DNA of 64,000 bases from Bdellovibrionota bacterium (lineage in GTDB: Bacteria > Bdellovibrionota_C > UBA2361 > JAAYZI01), in assembly GCA_050950765.1 (NCBI GenBank), contig JBMNIF010000002.1, positions 224,001-288,000 of the forward strand, written 5' to 3'. Positions 20,439 to 30,725 of the stretch are shown piece after piece. A program made the translations under genes and the position numbers. The notes below the pieces were generated by a model. That model was not told the origin of the DNA. It saw only the letters and a program-made list of their open reading frames with translations, and made no database searches. Positions within the stretch are counted from its first letter, which is position 1. Each line of letters starts with the position of its first letter.

Positions 20439-21263
20439 GTGTTAAAAGTTATTGATAAATATCAAAATATCTGCAAATTGTTTTTGCGAGGGTGTTATAT
20501 CGTCTCTTGTACACTATTTTTAACCTCCCCTACTTTTGCTGCACCAAATTGGGAACACTTTGCTGATGATATAGAGATAACTCGAATTGCTATCTGGCCG
20601 CAGTCCGTTATCTCACCGGAGCTGTTTTTCGTCAGAACAGGGTTAAAAAGCCACCGCCTCGGAGTTATACGCGCTAGCGACTTCGGGCTACGTAATGATA
20701 ATGTTAAAAACTTAAGCATTCGTGCCAAGAGTGTCTTTGCCATTAATGCAAATTTTTTTGATGAGCACGGCAGAGCCTTAGGTCTAACATTAAGTCGCGG
20801 TATTAAACATAAAAATATCCATTTTGGTGGCGGCACATTAACAGGCATCCTTCAGGTAACACAAAACGGAGTATCTATTATAAACCGTTCTGATTTTAAT
20901 CAGCACCTCGTTCTTGAAGCTCTACAAGCAGGTCCACGTTTAATCGTAAATGGTGCTGCTGTACAAAAGATAAAAGACCTCACCACCTACTCTCGGCGTT
21001 CTGGAGTTTGCATAGATCGGGAGCAACGAGTAGTTTTTTATATCTCATCAGGGTTAATGGGGATATCACTGCAACAGGTACAAGATACTCTATTATCAAA
21101 AGAGATCGGTTGTGTTGATGCGCTTAATTTGGATGGCGGCGGATCTGCTCAATTGTACCTTTCAAAACATCCATCATCAGATAGTGTCGGGAAAATTGAG
21201 GAGGTTTCAATCCAAGGGAGAGACAATATCCCAGTTGCTTTAGGACTCTTCAAAAAACAGTAA
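20439..21263 (+). CDS. Phosphodiester glycosidase (NAGPA/DUF2233) family protein
   Basis: AINANFF, QAGPRLI, RRSGVC, ALNLDGGGS. Confidence 0.88.
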   Translation: MLKVIDKYQNICKLFLRGCYIVSCTLFLTSPTFAAPNWEHFADDIEITRIAIWPQSVISPELFFVRTGLKSHRLGVIRASDFGLRNDNVKNLSIRAKSVFAINANFFDEHGRALGLTLSRGIKHKNIHFGGGTLTGILQVTQNGVSIINRSDFNQHLVLEALQAGPRLIVNGAAVQKIKDLTTYSRRSGVCIDREQRVVFYISSGLMGISLQQVQDTLLSKEIGCVDALNLDGGGSAQLYLSKHPSSDSVGKIEEVSIQGRDNIPVALGLFKKQ

Positions 21264-21369
21264 CGGCGCAACACCTCTCCCACTTTGAGCAAAAATTGTT
21301 ACGACTGAACAAGCCATTCAGATTTTGTCAAGATATTCTTTTTTAGTTTAACCAAGTTAAAAAACTACA

Positions 21370-21398
21370 TTGACATAAGCAATCGCTATCGTTAGATT
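21370..21398 (+). promoter_or_regulatory. sigma70-type promoter of the MerR-like gene
   Basis: TTGACA-17 bp-TAGATT, 40 bp upstream of the ATG. Confidence 0.55.
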
Positions 21399-21438
21399 TT
21401 GAACAGTTTAAAGATATATTTAAAAAGAAGGGCGTCTA

Positions 21439-21921
21439 ATGTCTGAAGAAATACAGCGCGAGTTCACTGCTAAAGAGGTTCAGTCCATCCTGCGAGCATT
21501 AACAGGCGGAACCGAAAAGATCGGTCTTGCGCTTCTTAATTACTACGCTCGTACGAACCTTGTTCCAGCCTCTGGCAAGCAGCTGCATCGCGGAAGGAAT
21601 AAGTATTCCTACTCTGATTTAATACTCCTCTGCTGGCTTTTTCGAATGAAGCGTGAAGGGCTCCCCGTCAATCGCTTTAGGCGTGGTATAGATTATCTGC
21701 GCAAACGTTTACCCAAGTTATATAAAAGCCCAAAGGATATGGTTTTGCTTACAGACGGGCGGCAATTATTTATCAAGCACCGCATAGAAGACAAAAACCA
21801 AATTGCCGAAGTGTTAACAGGTAAAAAAGCCGGTCAATACGTTTGGGCTTATGCCATAGGATCTCTGATTGAAGAGGTTGATAAGATCATCGACAATCAG
21901 TATGAGAAACATGTAGCATAG
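21439..21921 (+). CDS. MerR-like HTH DNA-binding protein
   Basis: FTAKEV..LNYYARTNLVPAS..RNKYSYSDLILL..MKREGLP..FRRGIDYLR MerR winged-HTH pattern. Confidence 0.75.
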   Translation: MSEEIQREFTAKEVQSILRALTGGTEKIGLALLNYYARTNLVPASGKQLHRGRNKYSYSDLILLCWLFRMKREGLPVNRFRRGIDYLRKRLPKLYKSPKDMVLLTDGRQLFIKHRIEDKNQIAEVLTGKKAGQYVWAYAIGSLIEEVDKIIDNQYEKHVA

Positions 21922-22079
21922 CCTGATCAATTTTTTATAAAAAACTTATAAAATATTTTATCTCGTCTTGTGCTCTTCTCAGACAAGCTACCCCTCGTGC
22001 TTAGATCCGTTGAGGGCTACATATTCACACTGGAGAGGGGTTATGTTTTTTGCCAGCATGCTCATTTGGAGATTACGAT

Positions 22080-23810
22080 ATGAGTACCATAATTTCACAC
22101 CTTAGACAGGCTTTTACAAAAGCTATCCAAGATACCTTTCATATTGAGATTGACCCGCAAGTAGTACCTGCACAAAAGGTACAATTCGGTGACTATCAAG
22201 CAAACTTCGCTATGAGTTTGGCAAAAGACCTCTCACAAAAAACAGGAGAAAAAAAGAACCCCCGTGAATTAGCAAGTGCTGTTATAAACTCATTAGATCT
22301 GTCGGGAGTTGCTGAAAGTGTAGAGGTTGCCGGTGCTGGATTTATTAACATCAGGCTATTACCGAGTTTTGTAAGTAATGCTTTACAAAGTATGCGGGCT
22401 GATGAGCGTTTAAATGTTGAATCCATCACGGCTTCAACACCGACTATTATCGATTATTCCGGCCCCAACACAGCAAAAGAGATGCACGTAGGGCACTTAC
22501 GTTCAACGAACATCGGAGATGCTATCTCGCGAGTATTGGAGTTCTTAGGTGATAATATTATCAGACAGAATCACGTCGGAGATTGGGGCACTCAATTCGG
22601 AATGTTGCTACAACTGATGCAAGAAGAGTCTGCCAATCCGTCACTATTAAAGGATTTAGAAAGCTTTTATCAAGCGGCAAAGAAACGTTTTGATTCAGAC
22701 CCTGCCTTTGCTGATCGTGCTCGTGCTATGGTTGTTAAGTTACAAAGTAATGACGAAACCGCCAATAATTTGTGGCGTAAAATTGTTGAAGTAAGTAGAG
22801 AGCATTATGAAAGTGTCTATGCGCGCATGGATATAAAACTTTCTCCTGAAGATGAGCGTGGTGAATCTTTTTATAACAATATGTTGGGTAGAGTTGCTTC
22901 TGAACTGCAAGAAAAAGAGATTGCCTTTGAAGATGCAGGAGCTTTAATTGCTAAAGTTGAAGCGTTTGAAGCTCCACTTATTATCAGAAAGAGTGACGGC
23001 GGTTACGGCTATGATACAACTGATTTAGCCGCTATAAAGTTTAGGACCAATTTCTTAAAAGCAAAGCGCATTATCTATCTTTCCGATGCTAGACAAACTC
23101 AACATTTTCAAAGTGTTTTTGATATCGCTAAACGTGCCGGTTGGGCTGATAACACCCAGTTGGATCACGTACCATTCGGGATGGTCATGGGGAAAGATGG
23201 CACTCCTTTTAAAACCAGAGATGGCGGTACGGTAAAACTTAATGCATTATTGAATGAAGCTGAAGAGCGTGCTTTAAAAGTACTTCAAGCTAAGATGCAG
23301 GAACGTGGTGCTACGATGAACGCCGAAGATCAAAAAGAGATCACAACTGCCGTCGGCATCGGCGCTATAAAATATCAAGACCTGAACAGGACTCCGATTG
23401 CAAACTATGTTTTTGACTTTGATCAGATGCTTTCTTTTGAGGGCAACACAGCTCCCTATCTGCAATATGCTTTTGCACGTATCTGTTCAATCTTTGATAA
23501 AAATCAAGTTGAAGCTCCCACCCCTGAAACGTCTTTTATCTTGGAGACACCGCAAGAAAAGGAGTTGGCGCGTCATTTATTATTATTTAGCGATACCCTT
23601 TTAGCGGTAGCAAAGGATTTAAAACCACACATTCTCTGCACTTATCTTTATGATTTGGCTGTAAAGTTTAGCTCTTTCTATGAACATTGTCCGGTATTAA
23701 GATCAGAAGGAGGTTTAAGGGATAGTCGTTTGGCGTTAAGCGATCTGAGTGCACGTGTTTTGGCGCAAGGGTTAGACCTGTTAGGGATAAAGCATCCGAG
23801 ACAGTTATAA
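22080..23810 (+). CDS. argS: Arginine--tRNA ligase
   Basis: FGDYQAN, DYSGPNTAKEMHVGHLRS, NHVGDWGTQFG, FKTRDG, GNTAPYLQY. Confidence 0.98.
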   Translation: MSTIISHLRQAFTKAIQDTFHIEIDPQVVPAQKVQFGDYQANFAMSLAKDLSQKTGEKKNPRELASAVINSLDLSGVAESVEVAGAGFINIRLLPSFVSNALQSMRADERLNVESITASTPTIIDYSGPNTAKEMHVGHLRSTNIGDAISRVLEFLGDNIIRQNHVGDWGTQFGMLLQLMQEESANPSLLKDLESFYQAAKKRFDSDPAFADRARAMVVKLQSNDETANNLWRKIVEVSREHYESVYARMDIKLSPEDERGESFYNNMLGRVASELQEKEIAFEDAGALIAKVEAFEAPLIIRKSDGGYGYDTTDLAAIKFRTNFLKAKRIIYLSDARQTQHFQSVFDIAKRAGWADNTQLDHVPFGMVMGKDGTPFKTRDGGTVKLNALLNEAEERALKVLQAKMQERGATMNAEDQKEITTAVGIGAIKYQDLNRTPIANYVFDFDQMLSFEGNTAPYLQYAFARICSIFDKNQVEAPTPETSFILETPQEKELARHLLLFSDTLLAVAKDLKPHILCTYLYDLAVKFSSFYEHCPVLRSEGGLRDSRLALSDLSARVLAQGLDLLGIKHPRQL

Positions 23811-23833
23811 AGTTTTAGAGTTGAATAAAGGCT

Positions 23834-24583
23834 ATGAGAGAACATTTTGAGACAGTAGGTTTTATCGGGTACGGTAAATTTACAAAGCTTTTGATAAGCC
23901 TATTTACTAAATATATGCCGAAAGCAACTCTTAGAGTCTCTTCAAGGTCGAATGAGAGTGACGGTGTGTTATTTTTTGACAAACCCACCGTCTGTTCATC
24001 AGAACTTATCATTCCGTGTGTGCCGATTCGTAATTTTGAAACTACCATTAAAGAGATCTCACCACTACTAAAATCAGGGCAAACGATTCTTGATGTCTGT
24101 TCCGTTAAGGTGCATCCGAAAGAAGTTTTACTTAATAACATTACAGAAGGGGTTAATCTGATCGGCTCTCACCCCATGTTCGGCCCGGCTTCTTATGAGA
24201 AGTTAGCGGGAGATCTACGTGGTTGTTGTGTTATTATAGAAAAGATCCGCTCTCAAGTAGAGCCATTTGCGATTATTAAAGGGTTTTTTACAGCACTGAA
24301 CTTAACCTTAGTTGAAATGACGGCAGAAGAACACGATAAAAAAGCTGCTAAATTTCAATTTATTACCCTTTCCGCAGCAACTATCTTAAAAAAGTTAAAC
24401 ATCCAACGAGAATCTATCGATACCCCTTCAGCCTTGAAGATGTTGGATTTTTTAGACATGATTTCAGTTGATGCAGATCTGGTTTTAGATCTATATAAAT
24501 ATAATCCGTACTGTCATGAAGAGTTCAAACGCTTTGAAGACGCTTTTGAACAATTACGCACGGAGTTATATAATGTAGCGTAA
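23834..24583 (+). CDS. tyrA: Prephenate/arogenate dehydrogenase
   Basis: GFIGYGKF, DVCSVK, SHPMFGP, EMTAEEHDK. Confidence 0.88.
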   Translation: MREHFETVGFIGYGKFTKLLISLFTKYMPKATLRVSSRSNESDGVLFFDKPTVCSSELIIPCVPIRNFETTIKEISPLLKSGQTILDVCSVKVHPKEVLLNNITEGVNLIGSHPMFGPASYEKLAGDLRGCCVIIEKIRSQVEPFAIIKGFFTALNLTLVEMTAEEHDKKAAKFQFITLSAATILKKLNIQRESIDTPSALKMLDFLDMISVDADLVLDLYKYNPYCHEEFKRFEDAFEQLRTELYNVA

Positions 24584-24607
24584 ACATATTATTACAGGAG
24601 GAGAGAG

Positions 24608-25783
24608 ATGCAACGCCATCCACTAGCAGCAACAAGAACAGAAATGATGAACCCAAGTGCCGTTCGAGAAATTTTAAAATCTCTTTCGACTCTAGGGATG
24701 ATTGCTTTTGCTGCTGGAGCTCCTGATCCGGAAAGCTTCCCACTTAAAATAATTGACACTCTAATAACATCAATTTTACAGAAACAGGGTGCTGAAGTTT
24801 TAAAGTACGGTATCACCGAAGGCTACCCTCCACTAAGAGAAGCATTAGCAAAATACGTAGCAGCGCGCGGGATACTCTGCACCGCTGCAGATGTTTGTAT
24901 ATCTACAGGCGCTCAAGGAGCAATTGATGCTGCCACTAAGATCCTTACCAACAAAGGAGATACTATTGCAGTAGAAGCTCCGACATACCTCTCTGCCATT
25001 AATACTTTTAAGTGTTACGAAGCAAATATCTTAGGCATGGCTAGTGACGATCACGGCTTAATGCCTAGTGAATTAGAGAAAGCTTTTTCAGATCATAATG
25101 CAAAATTTGCTTATGTAATTCCGAATTTTCAGAACCCATCTGGCAAAACGCTTTCACTACAACGCCGTCAAGAGATCGCAGAGATACTCAAAAAATATGA
25201 CCGTCTTTTAATTGAAGATGACCCATATTATGAACTCCGCTACTTTGGAGAGCACCTCCCTACAATTAAGAGCCTCGCTCCTGATCACGTTATCTATCTC
25301 GGATCTTTTTCTAAAATTCTTTCACCAGGAATGCGTATCGGATATTACATTGCGCCACGCACCGTAGCAGATCTTATGACTACTAGTAGGCAGATGGTTG
25401 ATGTTCACGCCAACTTACTGTGTCAAGCGGTTGCAGCAGAATATATTAACGGTGGCTATCTGGAGAAGCACCTTCCATTTATTATCAATCTCTACAAACC
25501 AAAATTACAGGCGATAAAAGACTCTCTAAAAGAATTTATGCCTAAAGATTTTTCTTGGAGCGATCCTCTCGGTGGAATGTTTATCTGGGTAACAGGGCCA
25601 CAATCTTTTGATGCCGCAGATCTTGCCCAAAAAGCGTTGATACAAAAGGTAGCTGTTGTTCCTGGAAGTAGTTTCTTTTCAAATCCTTCAGACGGCACAA
25701 ACACCATGCGCTTAAATTTCACTTCACTAAGTGAAGAACAGATTCGACAAGGTATAAAAGTTTTAGGCGATCTTTTAAAGTAA
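24608..25783 (+). CDS. PLP-dependent class I/II aminotransferase (LysN/ARO8-like)
   Basis: PNFQNPSG, EDDPY, GSFSKILSPGMRIG, GGMFIW, MRLNF. Confidence 0.92.
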   Translation: MQRHPLAATRTEMMNPSAVREILKSLSTLGMIAFAAGAPDPESFPLKIIDTLITSILQKQGAEVLKYGITEGYPPLREALAKYVAARGILCTAADVCISTGAQGAIDAATKILTNKGDTIAVEAPTYLSAINTFKCYEANILGMASDDHGLMPSELEKAFSDHNAKFAYVIPNFQNPSGKTLSLQRRQEIAEILKKYDRLLIEDDPYYELRYFGEHLPTIKSLAPDHVIYLGSFSKILSPGMRIGYYIAPRTVADLMTTSRQMVDVHANLLCQAVAAEYINGGYLEKHLPFIINLYKPKLQAIKDSLKEFMPKDFSWSDPLGGMFIWVTGPQSFDAADLAQKALIQKVAVVPGSSFFSNPSDGTNTMRLNFTSLSEEQIRQGIKVLGDLLK

Positions 25784-25852
25784 AAAGAACCTAACTCCCG
25801 AGTTTAAATATAAGAAGTTTAAAAGCGTTTTTAAAAAGAAGCGGCACACCTT

Positions 25853-26071
25853 TTAGTTAGAAGCTTTCCTCTTCTTACTTGGGATAAAACCATCCTCTTC
25901 TGTAATTCGTCCAAGTAATTTACCGGTAACTTTCACGCTCCTTTTTCTCTCGGGGTCATACCTATAACTGTAACCGTATAGGTAATATCTCCCGTTGATA
26001 AGACGCAACTCTTTTCCCTTCTCTCGATATTTTGTTGCTCAATCAGGGTGTATTTTTGTTTTCTTCTTCAT
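25853..26071 (-). pseudogene. Transposase N-terminal remnant (IS1634-like) with in-frame TGA
   Basis: Manual translation MKKKTKIHPD*ATKYREKGKELRLINGRYYLYGYSYRYDPERKRSVKVTGKLLGRITEEDGFIPSKKRKASN*; TGA at 26039-26041 where Trp is expected; no DDE domain follows. Confidence 0.65.
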
Positions 26072-26105
26072 CTTTATATACACACGTTACGGCAGTAAAA
26101 AGCCA

Positions 26106-27302
26106 CTATAACTTTGCGATACTTTCTGCAACGTAAGCGATATTACGCTCATTCATCGCCGCCACACAGATTCGACCGTTTAGGAGGGCATAAATAGCAT
26201 AATCATCTCTTAAAGTTTCAACCTCTTTTTTACTCAAACCTGAAAATGAAAACATACCTCTCTGATTTAAGAGGTGTTTAAAACGCTCCCCTACCCCTTT
26301 AGCTACTAAAGCATCTACAAACTTTTGACGCATATTAGTAATGCGATCACGCATAACAGAAACCTCCTGCTCCCATTTTAATTTTAAAGCAGCATCATTT
26401 AAAACAGTAGCAACGATAGCAGCACCATCAATCGGCGGATTGGAATTATTAGTTCGCACATCAGTTCTAATCTGCGTTAAAACACGTTTAGCCTGTTCGG
26501 CATCAGCACAAACCAAACTTAAAGCACCGATACGTCTACGATAGAGAGAGAGGTTCTTTGAAAAAGAGTTCGCTACTAAAAACTGCACTCCAGCTGCTGC
26601 GAACTCCCTAAGTGGTAGAGCATCTTCTTCAATTCCGTTAGCGAAGCCTTGATAAGCAAAATCTAAAAACGGAATAAAGGAACGATCTTTTGCGATCTGA
26701 ACAACCTCACGCCACTCCTCCGTAGAAAGATCAACTCCACTTGGATTGTGGCAACAGGCATGAAAGATAACTATATCTCCGGCGTTAATTTCAGAAAGTT
26801 TTCTCCGTAAAACTTCAAAATTAAGCCCTTTAATTTCAGAATCATAATACGGATATGTGTCAACAACGAAGCCTACTCTTTCAAAGATAGATCGATGATT
26901 ATTCCATGTCGGATTACTAATATAGACGGTGGAATTAGGGAAATAACGTTTTAAGAAGTCAGCTCCGTATCTTAACGCCCCTGTACCTCCACTGGATTGC
27001 ACTGTTACAACACGTTTTTCCTGTAAAACAGAAGCGTTGTCACCAAAAAGCAAGCTTTGCACACCGCTTAAATATTCAGGCAGCCCTTCAATCGGCAGAT
27101 ATCCACCCTTTAATAACGTTGGCGGAATCCGTTTAATACCTTCCTGCACAACCTCTAAGGCAGGAACATCACCGTTATCATCTTGATAGACACCGATACT
27201 GAGATCTACTTTTTGAGGTCTTGGATCTCCTTTAAAAACCTGCTTAATTCCTAAAATAGCATCGGCAGGAGCCTCTTGAACATCTTTAAAAAGATCTATC
27301 AT
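26106..27302 (-). CDS. Aromatic amino acid/aspartate aminotransferase (TyrB/AspC family)
   Basis: APADAILG, DLSIGVY, GGTGALR, HACCHNPSGVD, DFAYQGF, SFSKNLSLY..RIG. Confidence 0.93.
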   Translation of the reverse strand: MIDLFKDVQEAPADAILGIKQVFKGDPRPQKVDLSIGVYQDDNGDVPALEVVQEGIKRIPPTLLKGGYLPIEGLPEYLSGVQSLLFGDNASVLQEKRVVTVQSSGGTGALRYGADFLKRYFPNSTVYISNPTWNNHRSIFERVGFVVDTYPYYDSEIKGLNFEVLRRKLSEINAGDIVIFHACCHNPSGVDLSTEEWREVVQIAKDRSFIPFLDFAYQGFANGIEEDALPLREFAAAGVQFLVANSFSKNLSLYRRRIGALSLVCADAEQAKRVLTQIRTDVRTNNSNPPIDGAAIVATVLNDAALKLKWEQEVSVMRDRITNMRQKFVDALVAKGVGERFKHLLNQRGMFSFSGLSKKEVETLRDDYAIYALLNGRICVAAMNERNIAYVAESIAKL

Positions 27303-27584
27303 ATTCTCACCATATAAGGGCGCTTAAGCCCTATCCTTTTTTAATTATTGAAGTGTTTTTACCATATTTATAGTGCGCAAAAAGCAGACAGCAAGGCTAC
27401 ACTCATTTTATTTATGCCGTGCCTATCTACGCAAAATAGCAAAATATCTCAATTGAAGGAATACTCTCCCAATATCTTGATAATATTATAAAAGCACCTC
27501 TCCCCTGCACGATTAGCTACTAAAGAATATCTTTAAAAAAGCCGACCTTTAAGTCGCTGCTTTAAAAAGTGAGGAGAGAAAAGA

Positions 27585-29735
27585 ATGATAACGAACGGCT
27601 CTTTTAATAAGAGCAAGAACATCTTTGCTGTTCATGAATATTTAAAAGGCGATAGCCCCACACAAGCCCTAGATAAGATCTACTGGCTTATTGAAAGTGG
27701 AGAAGAACCTTTTGCTATTTTTTCTGCCATTGCAAAAGCAGCCACAATCGTTAACACCGTAACTGGGAGTGCACTTTATCTCCCCACAGGAAAAGAGAGT
27801 ACAAAAGCAGAACTTTTAGTATCAGATGGAGATCTCCCTTTAGAGGAGAGAGAAGAAAGTTTAGCAGGTAGTTACGACATTGACATTATCTGTCTAGGAA
27901 CCACGATCGGCAAGCTCTCTGTAAAAAGCACTACTGAATTAAGTGATGAGATAAAATACTTCTTAAAAAATTTAGCACACTGCGCTTCCATTACCTTTGA
28001 AAAACAACGCATGCTAAGCACGCTTCAACACTTTCTAGATCGTCTGGAAACGCTAAATGAACTAAACCAACTAAACGGTGTTAAGCTTGGGCTACAACGC
28101 GTTATAAAAAGCTTGGCGCGTGAAGCTGCCTTTCGCTTTACAGCAGATATTGCACTAGCCTTTATCCTTAATGAAGACGGAACAAAGCTTGAGTTAAAGG
28201 GTGGATACGGTTGCACTCTTAACTTAATCCCTGAACATATTCAGATAGAGAGCGGACAACTCGGGCAGATCATGCGCACAGCGGGGCATTTTTCCATCGC
28301 TGGATTAAACGAAACCTCCAATCACGGTTTAAAATTCCTTGAAGATTTCGGCATTCAAGCCGTTAATGCCTGTTGCTTAGAGGTTCACGGATCTCCGCTT
28401 GGTGTAATTTTAATCGGCTACAAAAGAGCAACTCCTCTTAGTGGCACAGACCTGACTCGTTTTGAAGAGTTCTCTCAAGGAGCTGCTGTTGCTATTGCAA
28501 ATGCTAAAACCCAAGAAAAAATCAGCACCTATGCAGAACGTCTTGAAGAGTTGGTTGAAGAGAGAACCTCCGATCTAGCATTCCAAACAGCCAAAGCAGA
28601 AGAAGCAAACAAAGCTAAGTCTCAATTTTTAGCAAATATGAGTCATGAACTACGCACACCGTTAACTGCCATTATCGGATATTCAAGTGTTTTAAAAGAT
28701 GGCATATTCGGTCAATTAACAGATCAGCAGAATGAAGCTTTAGCAGCCATTGTCCGTTCTGGAGATCACCTAAAGCAGTTGATCGACGATGTTTTAAACT
28801 TAGCTCGCATTGAATCTGGAAGAGAAGAAACAAAGCCGGAAGAGATCCCTCTTAAAGAGTTGTTGCAACAAAGTTGTAAACTCATGCTACAACAAGCCTT
28901 AAATAAAGATATAAAGATCATTCAACCGGAATTGGATACAGAGCTTGCTTCAGCCGCCCTCTTTGCAGACCGTAAACATACACATCAGATCATTATAAAT
29001 CTGATCTCTAACGCCATAAAATACACACCTTCAGGGGGAAAAATCTGGCTAAAAACCGCTGTTATAGGCGATAAAATTAAGATCTCCGTCTGTGACAACG
29101 GTGTTGGAATATCTCCTACAAAATTAAAACAGTTATTTGAACGTTTTGAACGTGGGGATGATACTTATAGCAGGAAACAGGAAGGAACAGGGATCGGATT
29201 AAACCTAACTAAACACTTGGTAGAGATGAATGGCGGACGGATCGGAGTTGAAAGTGAGTTAGGTAAGGGCTCTACGTTTTGGATCCTATTACCTCTAGCA
29301 TCAAAAATAGATAAAGAAGAGCTCTTAGGCTTAGACACCTCAACAACGACAAGTAGACTTGACGGGGTATCTATTTTAATCGTTGATGATAACGAAGATA
29401 CCTGCATAGTTCTTAAGCACATCCTTAAATCCGCAGGTGCTAATCCGACTTATGTAACACGAGTTGCAAGCGCTATCGAAACATTAAAAAGCGGACATAC
29501 AACAGATCTAATTTTAACGGATCTAGCGATCCCCGAAAAAAGTGGTCTAGAACTGATCGAGTATATCAGAAACGGTTCTGAGAATATTAAAAAATTACCG
29601 ATCCTAGTTTTAAGTGCCTGTGCTTTTCAGCACGATAAGAAAGCGGCTTTAGAAGCTGGTGCTTCCCATTTTATGGCAAAGCCGTTTAAGCCTGAAGAGG
29701 TTATAGATACGATTCAAGAGCTAACCTCAAAGTAA
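27585..29735 (+). CDS. Cytoplasmic hybrid sensor histidine kinase (GAF-HisKA-HATPase-REC)
   Basis: FLANMSHELRTPL, NLISNAIKYT, DNGVGI, GTGIGL, C-terminal IVDD..LTDLAIP..KPF; no TM segments seen. Confidence 0.93.
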   Translation: MITNGSFNKSKNIFAVHEYLKGDSPTQALDKIYWLIESGEEPFAIFSAIAKAATIVNTVTGSALYLPTGKESTKAELLVSDGDLPLEEREESLAGSYDIDIICLGTTIGKLSVKSTTELSDEIKYFLKNLAHCASITFEKQRMLSTLQHFLDRLETLNELNQLNGVKLGLQRVIKSLAREAAFRFTADIALAFILNEDGTKLELKGGYGCTLNLIPEHIQIESGQLGQIMRTAGHFSIAGLNETSNHGLKFLEDFGIQAVNACCLEVHGSPLGVILIGYKRATPLSGTDLTRFEEFSQGAAVAIANAKTQEKISTYAERLEELVEERTSDLAFQTAKAEEANKAKSQFLANMSHELRTPLTAIIGYSSVLKDGIFGQLTDQQNEALAAIVRSGDHLKQLIDDVLNLARIESGREETKPEEIPLKELLQQSCKLMLQQALNKDIKIIQPELDTELASAALFADRKHTHQIIINLISNAIKYTPSGGKIWLKTAVIGDKIKISVCDNGVGISPTKLKQLFERFERGDDTYSRKQEGTGIGLNLTKHLVEMNGGRIGVESELGKGSTFWILLPLASKIDKEELLGLDTSTTTSRLDGVSILIVDDNEDTCIVLKHILKSAGANPTYVTRVASAIETLKSGHTTDLILTDLAIPEKSGLELIEYIRNGSENIKKLPILVLSACAFQHDKKAALEAGASHFMAKPFKPEEVIDTIQELTSK

Positions 29736-29850
29736 CATTAATTCTAAAACACCTTTTCCCCTCTCAACAAAACAGTACACTTTAAGAGAGTATGCCCTTT
29801 GTATGAAATTTGTTAAGCTCGCTTTGTAGGTTTGGGAGAGGAATACAGAT

Positions 29851-30231
29851 ATGCGCAAACGAATTCTTATAGTTGATGATGACCCTCTTATTAGGGGGCT
29901 ATTAAAGGTTATCCTTGAAGAGGCAACATTCGAAGTAGTTCAAGCGGAAGATGGTTTAATTGCGGCATCCTTTCTTGATGCAGAACCGCGACCACTTGAT
30001 TTTTGTTTATTGATCTTAGATGTTGTTATGCCCAATATGAACGGCTTGGAGCTGTTAACCCGTTTAAGATCACAATCGCACACAAAAGATATCCCTGTTC
30101 TCTTTTTAACAGGAGAAGAGAAAGCGGATGATATTATGGCGAGGTATTCTGTTGGGGCTGACTATTACATAACAAAGCCGTTTACACGCCAGCAACTACT
30201 GCACGGAATAAAACTTATTTTGGAGAAGTAA
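29851..30231 (+). CDS. Single-domain response regulator
   Basis: ILIVDDD, LDVVMP, FLTG, YITKPF. Confidence 0.93.
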   Translation: MRKRILIVDDDPLIRGLLKVILEEATFEVVQAEDGLIAASFLDAEPRPLDFCLLILDVVMPNMNGLELLTRLRSQSHTKDIPVLFLTGEEKADDIMARYSVGADYYITKPFTRQQLLHGIKLILEK

Positions 30232-30239
30232 TAATCATT

Positions 30240-30695
30240 ATGGATGTTGTATTAGTAGAGCCAAAGATTCCGCAAAATACAGGTTCCATAGCCAGAACTT
30301 GTGCTGCCGTTCAGATTCCGCTCCATTTAGTGGGTAAGCTTGGATTTGAGATAACGGAAAAACAGGTTCGTCGTGCTGGTCTAGATTATTGGTCTTATGT
30401 CTCGTTACATCAACATAAGACTTGGCAAGATTATTTTGATCTACAAAAGCCTCGTAAGGTGTGGCTCTGTACAAAATACGGCGAACGACCGTATTACGAC
30501 GCCGATTTTAATGAGGCTGATGCGATAGTATTCGGTGCTGAAACAACGGGGTTGGGGCAGGAGTTTCTCTCTCGTTTTCCTAAGGAGCAACACCTACTCA
30601 TTCCGATGTTGTGTAAAGGTGTTAGAAGTTTAAATCTCAGCAACTCCGTTTCGATTGTACTTTATGATGCGTTAAGACAGTTGAAAAAGATCTAG
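30240..30695 (+). CDS. trmL: tRNA (cytidine/uridine-2'-O)-methyltransferase TrmL
   Basis: EPKIPQNTGSIARTC, RRAGLDYW, FGAETTGL, RSLNLSNS. Confidence 0.95.
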   Translation: MDVVLVEPKIPQNTGSIARTCAAVQIPLHLVGKLGFEITEKQVRRAGLDYWSYVSLHQHKTWQDYFDLQKPRKVWLCTKYGERPYYDADFNEADAIVFGAETTGLGQEFLSRFPKEQHLLIPMLCKGVRSLNLSNSVSIVLYDALRQLKKI

Positions 30696-30725
30696 CCTCT
30701 TCCTCCCCTCCCCTCCGAGCTTTTT

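Noticed and set aside
26039..26041. TGA-to-Trp genetic code reassignment suggested by HPD*A
   Set aside because: TGA ends intact genes at expected positions (fliR, the fliO/fliP and moxR/DUF58 ATGA overlaps), and TGG is used for Trp throughout
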